Part shown: positions 42,801 to 50,942 of the stretch, one piece after another
How the letters are laid out: every line of letters begins with the position of its first letter
Position numbering within the stretch: position 1 is the first letter of the stretch
Notes under the pieces: model-generated
Told to the model about the DNA's origin: nothing
The model's database searches: none
What the model saw: only the letters and a program-made list of their open reading frames with translations
Assembly: GCA_963711565.1 (NCBI GenBank)
Contig: CAVQEQ010000001.1
Location: 224,001-288,000 of the forward strand
Source of the DNA: an uncultured delta proteobacterium
GTDB taxonomy: Bacteria > Desulfobacterota > Binatia > Binatales > Binataceae
Reading direction: 5' to 3'
Length of the DNA: 64,000 nt
Translations under genes and position numbers: made by a program

Positions 42801-44107
42801 GGCGTGCGCGCTTTCGGCGGTTGTGCCACGATCGGGAATTCCGCAACGAGAATCAGTCCCCGCCTGCCGGCCGCGAATCGCGCCCCCGTCCGTCCGCCAG
42901 CGGCCTCAGCCATCGCGCGTCCGATATACAGGCCGAGTCCGCGCGCGGCGGTGTGATTGCCGTTGCGGTTCGGGCGCTCGAACAGCGCATCGAGTTGCTC
43001 CTGCGAAAGAGTCGGGCCGGTGTCAGTGACCTCGATTGCGATCATCTCGTTTCGCACCCCGGCCCGCAGCGTAACTTCCCCGGTCGCCGTCCTTCCGATC
43101 GAATACGCGAGCATGTTTCTCACGATCCTCTGGAAATGCCGGCCATCGAGTGTGCACGGCGGCAGCCGCGAGATCTCGACCCGCAGATTCAGACGCCGGC
43201 GCCGCGCCTGCAGCCCGCAATCTTCCGCGACCTCGTTCAGCAGTTGATTCGGATCCAGCTCGACCGGCGCCGCGACGATGTCCTCATCCTGCGCCTCGTA
43301 GTAGTCCAGCACGTTGCTGACCACCAGGTCCATGTTCCACGCGGTCGATCCGATTCGCCCGAGCAGGTCCGCGCGCTCTTTGGCACTGATGTCCTCTTCT
43401 TCGAGCAGGTTCACATAGCCGCTCAGCGCCGCGACCGGGCTGCGGATGTCATGTGCCATCGTCGCGATTTGCGTCTGCCGAAACCGCGCCGCTTCCTCCA
43501 GGTCCCGCACCTGTTTCCTGAGACGCCGGCGATATCGCTCGATGAAGACCGACGTGTATTGCGCGAAGATCACCGCCGCGGCAAGCCCCATCCAGCGGTA
43601 CATGCCGTAGGGCGTTTCGATCGGCACGAAATATTCGCCTGCCGCGTAGCCCAGCACCGCTGTGAAAGCCATTAAAAACTGCCAGCCCGTGCCCCAGCTC
43701 ACGAACGCCGCGGTTGCCAGTGGGCACAGCATGATCGCGATGAAGCGCGACTCGGGGTCTCCCGTCTCCCCGCTGATCAGGATGAAGGTCGCAATCAGGA
43801 ACAGGTTGTAGAGCAGGATCCAGAATTTCCAATAACGCTTGAACGCGTCCGTCCATGACAGGCCGAAAAACAGGCAGGTCGCGGCCAGGATCAACCAGTG
43901 CGGCCACATGCCCGGAGCCTGCTTGCCGAACATGTGCTGGTCGTAGGCGAGGTACCCCAGCATGAGGAAGATTCCGAGCGCACCGCCGAGCTTCAGGACC
44001 CGCAGCGATTCCTCGTCATCCTCGGTCCAGCGGAACCCCGCAGTCGCACGGCCGCTCCCGGAATGTGTCAGTCCGGATGCGCCGTTGTATTTGCTGCTCT
44101 CCGCCAA
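42797..44107 (-). CDS. Membrane sensor histidine kinase
   Basis: Multi-TM N-terminus, AHDIRSP, DTGP, GLGLYI; N-box degenerate (NMLAYS). Confidence 0.85.
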   Translation of the reverse strand: MAESSKYNGASGLTHSGSGRATAGFRWTEDDEESLRVLKLGGALGIFLMLGYLAYDQHMFGKQAPGMWPHWLILAATCLFFGLSWTDAFKRYWKFWILLYNLFLIATFILISGETGDPESRFIAIMLCPLATAAFVSWGTGWQFLMAFTAVLGYAAGEYFVPIETPYGMYRWMGLAAAVIFAQYTSVFIERYRRRLRKQVRDLEEAARFRQTQIATMAHDIRSPVAALSGYVNLLEEEDISAKERADLLGRIGSTAWNMDLVVSNVLDYYEAQDEDIVAAPVELDPNQLLNEVAEDCGLQARRRRLNLRVEISRLPPCTLDGRHFQRIVRNMLAYSIGRTATGEVTLRAGVRNEMIAIEVTDTGPTLSQEQLDALFERPNRNGNHTAARGLGLYIGRAMAEAAGGRTGARFAAGRRGLILVAEFPIVAQPPKARTP

Positions 44108-44162
44108 TCAGGCTCCCCCTCCATTTTCATGCGCCCGTCTTCCAGAACCTCTAATGGTGACT

Positions 44163-45362
44163 TTAGCGCCGCGTTTCATCAAGCGCCTTTTTCATCGCGC
44201 TCAATGCAAAATCCACCTCGTCCGGCACGATCGTCAGCACCGGCGCAAGCCGGACGACGTTATCCGCGTTCAGCGTCCAGTTAACGATTACCCCGCGCGC
44301 CAAAGTCGCCGCGACAAACCGATGCGCCACCGCCGCGTCGCGAAATTCGATACCCACGATCATCCCGAGCCCACGCACCGCCGCGATTTCCGGCGCGCGC
44401 ATCGCCAGCAGGCGGCGCACGATCTCCTGGCCCATCGTCGCCGCGCGCTCGCACAAGCGCTCGCGCACGATCACGTTCAGAGCTGCAAGACCGGCCGCGC
44501 ACGAAAGCGGGTGCCCGCCGAAGGTGGTGATGTGTCCAAGCGGCGGATCGTGCGAAAGCGTGCCAAGCAGCTCGTTACGGCTGCATAACGCGCCCAGCGG
44601 CAAACCACCGCCGAGTGCCTTGGCCATCACGACGATGTCCGGCACGACGCCGAAATGCTCGAGCGCGAACATCTTGCCGGTGCGGCCGAAGCCGGTCAGA
44701 ACTTCGTCGAAAATGAGCGTCGCGCCTGCGCGATCGCATTGCTCACGCAGCGCACGGATGAAACCGGCCTCCGGGACGCGCACGCCGCCTTCAGCCTGCA
44801 CCGGCTCGACGACCACCGCCGCGATGGTCGAGTCGATTTTATCGAGCGCGCTTTTGTCGTCGAATAGCAGATGTCGCACCGGTCCGGGCAGGACGCCGAA
44901 CGGCTCGCGCATCGCGCGATTTCCGCACAGCGCGAGCGCGCCCATCGTGTCACCGTGATATGCGCCGTCAAACGCCACGAAGCCCGCGCGTCCGGTAAAC
45001 TTGCGCGCCGCCTTCAGCGCGCATTCGATCGCTTCCGCACCACTGTTCGTGAAATAGACGCGCTCGAGCGGCCGCGGCAGGATCTCGACCAGCCGCCGCG
45101 CCAGCATCACCTGGCTCTCGATCACGTACTCGCCGTAGACCATGACGTGCAGATGGCGTCGCGCCTGCGCTGCAATCGCCTCGAGCACTTCGGGATTCCC
45201 ATGGCCAAGCGCCGACACTCCAATCCCCGCGATAAAATCGAGATAGCGCCGCCCGTCCGACGCGATCAGCCACGAACCTTCGGCACGAGAGATCTCCAGA
45301 CCGATCGGAGCGTCGGAAGTCTGCGCCAGGTTCTGCCGGAACAGTTCGCCGAGTTCGCTCAT
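44163..45362 (-). CDS. Class III PLP-dependent aminotransferase
   Basis: YLDFIAG, NSGAEA, YHG, EPVQAEGG, DEVLTGFGRTG, AKALGGG, TFGG. Confidence 0.93.
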   Translation of the reverse strand: MSELGELFRQNLAQTSDAPIGLEISRAEGSWLIASDGRRYLDFIAGIGVSALGHGNPEVLEAIAAQARRHLHVMVYGEYVIESQVMLARRLVEILPRPLERVYFTNSGAEAIECALKAARKFTGRAGFVAFDGAYHGDTMGALALCGNRAMREPFGVLPGPVRHLLFDDKSALDKIDSTIAAVVVEPVQAEGGVRVPEAGFIRALREQCDRAGATLIFDEVLTGFGRTGKMFALEHFGVVPDIVVMAKALGGGLPLGALCSRNELLGTLSHDPPLGHITTFGGHPLSCAAGLAALNVIVRERLCERAATMGQEIVRRLLAMRAPEIAAVRGLGMIVGIEFRDAAVAHRFVAATLARGVIVNWTLNADNVVRLAPVLTIVPDEVDFALSAMKKALDETRR

Positions 45363-46558
45363 CGCGACCCCACCATCAAATCGAGGAACTTGCCCCCAGC
45401 GTGGCGCCAATCAAGCGGCGGCGATTGCATTTCGCCGGGCGCGCACACGTACGGTATCCCCATCGCCCGTGCCGCGATTTCGCAATCCTCGCCGACGACA
45501 GCCATCGCTTCGATCTGTCCCGAGACGCCCGCGATGCAAGCGCGAAATTCAGCGAGATCGCGCACTCCGGTCACGTGCACAGTCCTGAACCCCGGCGAGA
45601 CCATGAATGAATCGGGACGCGGCTCGAAAACCACCGTCCATTCAAGTCCGCGACCCTCGAACAACTCGACCGGCTCGCCCGCAATCGCACGCCACCGCGC
45701 GCGCTCCCGCACTCCGCGTATTTCGGCAGCATCGCGCAACGGGATGCGCGCCGGCGGCATCGATTCGCCGATACGTTCGAGCGCTCGCGACGTTCGGATT
45801 GCCAGCTCGCGCGCCGCGGCGCCTTCAGCACTCACGACAAACACGTGATGGAGCGACAGGCAGCCGAGTTGTTCGAACAATACGATATCGCGCGCGAGCA
45901 AGTCGGCGACCTCGTCGATTCGCGACGGAGCGATCGCGCCCCGCTCAATCAACGCGCCACTAACCCTGCTGGCGAACCCGATCACTTTGGGCGATTGCAA
46001 CGACTCGATCGTCGCGTCGTCGCCGTACGCGACCACTCGCTCGCATTTCGCAATTAATGCCGCAGTCAGGTCGGTGCGCGCGCGGCTCCAGTTGAGGACC
46101 TCGATACGCGCGCCAACCTCTCGATCGATCTCGGCCAGCGTGCGCGCAAATTCCGCGAAAAATATCGGCTCGGCCGATGCGGTTTTGATCAGCACTCGCG
46201 CGCCCCCAATCAGCGCGATCGCAATCTCATGGATTCCTGCGCCGGCGACGTTGCCGGCGGCAATAAATCCAATCGTCTTTGGCCCGCCAACAGTGGGGCG
46301 GGCCGCCGTGCCCGCCCTCGCCTTCAGCGCGTCGCTGCTGAACGGTTTCAGCAACGCGTCGATCGAGTTCTCGAGCATCGCTACGGAATAGCCCGCCGAC
46401 TGCGCGATTGCCGCGATCGCCTCGCGCCGGCGCGCGTAATCGCGACTCCGCCAGAGCTCGAACGTCCGTGCCAATGCATCGGCCATTTGCTCGCCGCTCG
46501 GGCCTGCGCTTTCCGCTTTGTGCACCTGCGCCGCGCCGGCGATGGACGTCGCACTCAT
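45359..46558 (-). CDS. LuxC-like acyl-CoA/acyl-protein reductase
   Basis: AAGNV, VVAYGDDATI, DIVLFEQLGCLS with catalytic Cys, PGEMQSPPLDWRH. Confidence 0.85.
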   Translation of the reverse strand: MSATSIAGAAQVHKAESAGPSGEQMADALARTFELWRSRDYARRREAIAAIAQSAGYSVAMLENSIDALLKPFSSDALKARAGTAARPTVGGPKTIGFIAAGNVAGAGIHEIAIALIGGARVLIKTASAEPIFFAEFARTLAEIDREVGARIEVLNWSRARTDLTAALIAKCERVVAYGDDATIESLQSPKVIGFASRVSGALIERGAIAPSRIDEVADLLARDIVLFEQLGCLSLHHVFVVSAEGAAARELAIRTSRALERIGESMPPARIPLRDAAEIRGVRERARWRAIAGEPVELFEGRGLEWTVVFEPRPDSFMVSPGFRTVHVTGVRDLAEFRACIAGVSGQIEAMAVVGEDCEIAARAMGIPYVCAPGEMQSPPLDWRHAGGKFLDLMVGSR

Positions 46559-47658
46559 GGCAAATGCTCCGACGCTTCAGTCGCGGAGAATTGCCCTATC
46601 CCCAGTGCGCATCCACGAGCTTCTCCTGCCGCCCTGCCGAGCACGCGAACCCGTCCACCTTTGACGAAGCCCAGGTCTTCCGTCATGACGGCCGACACCG
46701 AGCCGACGTTGGCCAGATCAAAAAACGTAAGCAGCCCGATCTCCCCATCCGGCATCGGCCGCAACGTGACCGGATCCCGCGCCGTCACGCGCAGCCACGG
46801 GGGCGGAATCTTGAAGCGCTCTTCCGAGTCGGATCCGCCGGGGCAGTTGAACAACGTCGCGTCATAGAGCTGCGAGCACAATTCCGTCATCCCGTATTCG
46901 TTGATAACCGTCGCCGGCGAGATCGACAGCCATTCGCCTGCCAGCGCGAGCACTTCCAAGGCGTGCATCGGCACCGCCTGCCCCTTCGCTCCGCCGGTGT
47001 CCATCATGCGCGAACCAGCCGCGAGCCGAAGTTTCACGCCGCGACTGCGCAACTCGGAAAACAACGCCGCAAACGCAGCCGTCGTCCCCAACAGGCAAAC
47101 AGGCTCGCGACGTGCCTCGCATTCGGCAAGAAACGCGGTCGCCGCCGCCACATCGACCCGTTCGCGTGAGGCTGCCGCCAGATGCGTGCGCGTCGCGAAT
47201 TCTTCGATGCACCATGTGATCATCGCCGACAGCGACGACTCCGGCATCGCGTCCGCCGTCGGATGCATCGCGAGCATCGCCATTCTGCGAGCATCGGGGA
47301 ACAGCATTGTGCGCAGATGAGCGAGTGCCGACGCGCGATAAATCTCGGGCCGCGCAACAACGTGACGTCCGCGTCGCCCCCGCCCCTGCGTCGTCCCGCT
47401 CGTGAGAAAAACCGCCGCATCGGGCGATAGCGATGTGCCGTCAATCGCAAGGTCGGCGTACTTGAACGCGACATTGCTGACCGCCGGAACCTCCTCAACG
47501 CTACGAACCCCGTCATGCTCGACGCCGCGCCCTTTGCAGTAACGCCGGTACGCGCCAACTGTGTCAAATTGATGGCGAAAGACCGCCAATGCGAGCCGCT
47601 CGAACGACTCAGGCTCGGGCCTGTGGATAAACGTGAGAACCTGCTCGTAGATGGACAT
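46555..47658 (-). CDS. LuxE-like acyl-protein synthetase
   Basis: TSGTT, DTGGAKG, EYGMTELCSQ, DLAN, TEDLG, GRA...EARGC. Confidence 0.88.
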   Translation of the reverse strand: MSIYEQVLTFIHRPEPESFERLALAVFRHQFDTVGAYRRYCKGRGVEHDGVRSVEEVPAVSNVAFKYADLAIDGTSLSPDAAVFLTSGTTQGRGRRGRHVVARPEIYRASALAHLRTMLFPDARRMAMLAMHPTADAMPESSLSAMITWCIEEFATRTHLAAASRERVDVAAATAFLAECEARREPVCLLGTTAAFAALFSELRSRGVKLRLAAGSRMMDTGGAKGQAVPMHALEVLALAGEWLSISPATVINEYGMTELCSQLYDATLFNCPGGSDSEERFKIPPPWLRVTARDPVTLRPMPDGEIGLLTFFDLANVGSVSAVMTEDLGFVKGGRVRVLGRAAGEARGCALGIGQFSATEASEHLP

Positions 47659-47978
47659 CGGCTTCGCGTCACGGGCCGGGCACGGACGATCATGGCATCG
47701 CCGCGCGCGCCCATTCAATCCTGTCCCGGCCCGATCAGCGTCAAAAATAGCCGTATTTACCTTGCTCTCGAAATGTTTTACACTCTGTTTGGTTGTGGGT
47801 GGCGGGGACGCCTCGGTGGCGGCCGTAGGGCCGGGCAAGCGGGGTTCTAAAGGTTACAGAACTATTGCTTAATTACTGCCGTCCTTTGTCACCCCCAAAT
47901 CGGGACGTAACGATTTTGCGCTAGCTTCGTAATTTTGTTAGACAGGATGCCATTGGCTCTGGGGAGAACCATCGCGAA

Positions 47979-48386
47979 ATGAAGAAATTCGCCGCCGGCG
48001 TAATGCTAGGCTTCGTTGCGAGTTGGGCTGTAGCGTTTGCGTCAGCCAACGTGAGCCACAATGGCAGTTTCTGGAACCGTCTCAACGGCGCTGCCAAAGA
48101 CGGCTACGTCAACGGCTATTCAGACGCGATGCGAGTCAGCGTCGGCAAGCTCAACGTCCTCAATTCCGCCGCCGACCTGTTTCACTGGAAGGGCGCCCGC
48201 CGCATCATTCACCAGCTCTCGGGGCAACTCTCGATGGACGACGTGAGTGCGAATCAGGCCGTCAAGCGGCTTGACGATTTGTATGCGAACCAGAAGTACA
48301 GCGAGCTGGATATCGGCGAAGCGTTGCAGACCCTTTCGATTCGTGCGAATGAAACCGCGATGCCCGACGCGCCCGTGAAAAAGTGA
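47979..48386 (+). CDS. Secreted hypothetical protein
   Basis: GGAG RBS, signal peptide MKKFAAG...AFA. Confidence 0.8.
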   Translation: MKKFAAGVMLGFVASWAVAFASANVSHNGSFWNRLNGAAKDGYVNGYSDAMRVSVGKLNVLNSAADLFHWKGARRIIHQLSGQLSMDDVSANQAVKRLDDLYANQKYSELDIGEALQTLSIRANETAMPDAPVKK

Positions 48387-48422
48387 AAAGCGCGAAGTAA
48401 CACCACTCGACTTTTCTCATCT

Positions 48423-48454
48423 GAGGCGGTCTCACAAGAGGCCGCCTCTTTTTT
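48423..48454 (+). terminator. Intrinsic terminator
   Basis: GAGGCGGTCTC-ACAA-GAGGCCGCCTC-TTTTTT. Confidence 0.8.
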
Positions 48455-48519
48455 CCCGCTGACGATCGCGCTTGAAACCACGACTGCGCGGTCCTAGCCT
48501 CATTCGCAGGACATCCGCC

Positions 48520-49428
48520 GTGAACGCACCTCCATTCCTGCTCGAAAAAGTTCTGCGCGCCGTCGTCGGCGTTCACTCGCATATCCCTCCGACCCACGTC
48601 TCGACCGCGATTGGCCTCGGCACCGATCGCCGCGGCACCGGCACAGTCGTCAGTCCCGACGGCCTGATCCTCACCGCTCACTACCTGTTGCTCGGCGCCA
48701 AAAACGTGATCGTCACGATGCCCGGCGGCGAGCAGCTCGAGGCGAAAATCGTCGGCAAGGACTACAGCACGGGCATCGGCTTGCTGAAGATCGATCGCAA
48801 AAAGATCCCCTGCGTGGAAGTCGTGTCGTCGGAAAAATGCGTGGTCGGGCAGGAGGCGTTCACCGTCTCGAGTCTCGGCGGCGAAAAGCGATGCGCCGAT
48901 TGCGGCATCATCACCTACCTCGGTCCTTTCGACGCGGTCTGGGAATTCGTGCTCGCGAAATGCGTCTCGGTCACCGCCTCGTCGCTGAACATCGGGATGA
49001 GCGGCGGCCCGATCTGCAACCTGTATGCGCAAGTGATCGGCATCAACTACCTGAACTTCGCCGACCTGAGCCGCGCGATTCTCGGTATCCCGGGCGAGAA
49101 CTTTCTCGCCGTCCGCGACGAACTGATGAAGCATGGCCGTCGCACTACCGCCGTGCCGCGCGCATGGCTCGGCGTGCTCTCGTACACCCTGCGCGAGCAC
49201 GTAGTGATCGCGGGCGTGATGCCGGGCAGTCCCGGCGAAAAGGCCGGCCTACAACAAGGCGATCTCGTCATTTCGATCGACGACACCGACATAAACGACC
49301 GCCGCGTGCTCTACGAGGCGCTCGCCAACCGCCGCCCCGGCGAGAACGTCAATCTCAAGGTGTTGCGCAACAATCGCGTTTACCAGCTCGACATCCCCGC
49401 CATCCGCGCCGAAGACTACTTCGCCTGA
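48520..49428 (+). CDS. Trypsin-like S1C serine protease with PDZ domain
   Basis: GTGTVV..DGLILTAH, GMSGGP, WLGV..SPGEKAGL. Confidence 0.85.
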   Translation: MNAPPFLLEKVLRAVVGVHSHIPPTHVSTAIGLGTDRRGTGTVVSPDGLILTAHYLLLGAKNVIVTMPGGEQLEAKIVGKDYSTGIGLLKIDRKKIPCVEVVSSEKCVVGQEAFTVSSLGGEKRCADCGIITYLGPFDAVWEFVLAKCVSVTASSLNIGMSGGPICNLYAQVIGINYLNFADLSRAILGIPGENFLAVRDELMKHGRRTTAVPRAWLGVLSYTLREHVVIAGVMPGSPGEKAGLQQGDLVISIDDTDINDRRVLYEALANRRPGENVNLKVLRNNRVYQLDIPAIRAEDYFA

Positions 49429-49447
49429 ATTCACGGAGCGTTCCCCG

Positions 49448-50290
49448 ATGAATGAACAAAGATCGCGGCTGCGCGACTTGCTCGCCGGCCCCGAAATGAT
49501 CGTCGCGCCTTTCGTCTTCGATTGCCTCCAGGCAAAACTGGCCGCCGCCGCCGGCTTCGACGCCATCTACATGACCGGCTTCGGCACGGCAGCCGCGCGC
49601 GGCTATCCCGACCTCGGCCTGCTCACGATGTCCGAGATGGCTGCCAACGCGCGCGCGATCTCGCAGTCGGTAAACGTCCCCGTCATCTGCGACGCCGACA
49701 CCGGCTACGGCAATCCGCTCAACGTTTGGCGCACCGTGCGCGAGTACGAAGACGCGGGAGCGTCCGCGCTGCACATCGAGGACCAGGTATTCCCCAAGCG
49801 ATGCGGCTTCCTCGCAGGCAAGCAGGTCATCGCGATGGAAGCGATGGTGCCGAAGGTACGCGCGGCCTGCGACGCCCGCCGCGATAAAAATTTGGTCATC
49901 ATCGCCCGCACCGACGCCCTCGCCGTCAACGGATGGGACGACGTAGTGCGTCGCGCACACTCCTACCGCAACGCAGGCGCCGACTTGATTTTCGTCGATG
50001 GAATCAAAACGGTCGACGACCTCAAGCATTACGCAGAAAAACTCGGCGACCTCCCGCTGATCTACAACGGCGACCTGCTACCCATTGACGAACTGAAAAA
50101 GTACCCCTTCAAGATCACCATCCACATCGGCACGATGCTGACGATCTACGACGCAATCCGCACGGCGATGACCGACCTGAAACGCACCGGCAAACTAAGC
50201 ATCGGCACCAGCGCAAACGTCTTCGAAGACTTCGTCCGCACAATGGGCGTCGCCGGGTACCAAACGCTGGAGAAGAAGTATGTGGACTAA
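49448..50290 (+). CDS. Isocitrate lyase/PEP mutase family enzyme (PrpB-like)
   Basis: DADTGYG, HIEDQ, PKRCG, IIARTDA. Confidence 0.9.
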   Translation: MNEQRSRLRDLLAGPEMIVAPFVFDCLQAKLAAAAGFDAIYMTGFGTAAARGYPDLGLLTMSEMAANARAISQSVNVPVICDADTGYGNPLNVWRTVREYEDAGASALHIEDQVFPKRCGFLAGKQVIAMEAMVPKVRAACDARRDKNLVIIARTDALAVNGWDDVVRRAHSYRNAGADLIFVDGIKTVDDLKHYAEKLGDLPLIYNGDLLPIDELKKYPFKITIHIGTMLTIYDAIRTAMTDLKRTGKLSIGTSANVFEDFVRTMGVAGYQTLEKKYVD

Positions 50291-50314
50291 ACAAGTGCTG
50301 GGAGGGCCCTTTCC

Positions 50315-50914
50315 TAACCTCCCCTTGTCCGAGGGGAGGTCGCCGCGCGCCGAAGGAGCGCGGCGGGCGGGGTGCAACGCGGGCCGACTCACAAAACCGA
50401 ATGGTCTAATCGATACCCACGACACCCGCTCCGCTGTCCGCACGGGCGAACCAAATTGAAAACCGTCTCGCTAACCCAACATCGCGCTCGCCAACTGCGT
50501 CACAACCAGACCGATGCCGAAAAGAAACTCTGGGCGCGTCTTCGATCTGGAGGACTTTCCGATCTCCGTTTCCGCAGACAATTCCCAATCGGCAACTTCA
50601 TCGCGGACTTCGCCTGCCCGAAGGCGCGACTGGTCGTCGAGCTGGACGGCGCTCAGCACCTCGACCGCACCGCGCAAGATGCCCGGCGAACAAAGCTGAT
50701 CGAGCAGCATGGCTACAGAGTGATTCGCTTCTGGGACAGCGAAGTGCTCGACAACGTCGCAGGCGTGCTCGAGAGAATCGAGCGGGCTCTTACGGGAGCA
50801 CCCGTAGCATGAAAGGCGATTAAACGAGTCGGGGTTGTGCAATGTCCGGCGCTGCACCTCTCCCGCCGCGCTCCTTCGGCGCACGGCGACCTCCCCTCGG
50901 ACAAGGGGAGGTTA
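50315..50914. mobile_element. Candidate element: DUF559 gene flanked by 66-bp terminal inverted repeats
   Basis: 50315-50380 and 50849-50914 are reverse complements with 4 mismatches. Confidence 0.7.
50456..50812 (+). CDS. DUF559 (Vsr-like PD-(D/E)XK) endonuclease
   Basis: ARQLR..QTDAEKKLW, FRRQFPIG, IADF, VELDG.QH, GYRVIRFW. Confidence 0.92.
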   Translation: MKTVSLTQHRARQLRHNQTDAEKKLWARLRSGGLSDLRFRRQFPIGNFIADFACPKARLVVELDGAQHLDRTAQDARRTKLIEQHGYRVIRFWDSEVLDNVAGVLERIERALTGAPVA

Positions 50915-50942
50915 CGAATTTCCCGCCGCCGCCGCGTGCGCT

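Noticed and set aside
45359-47658. Bioluminescence operon
   Set aside because: No luxA, luxB or luxD in the window.
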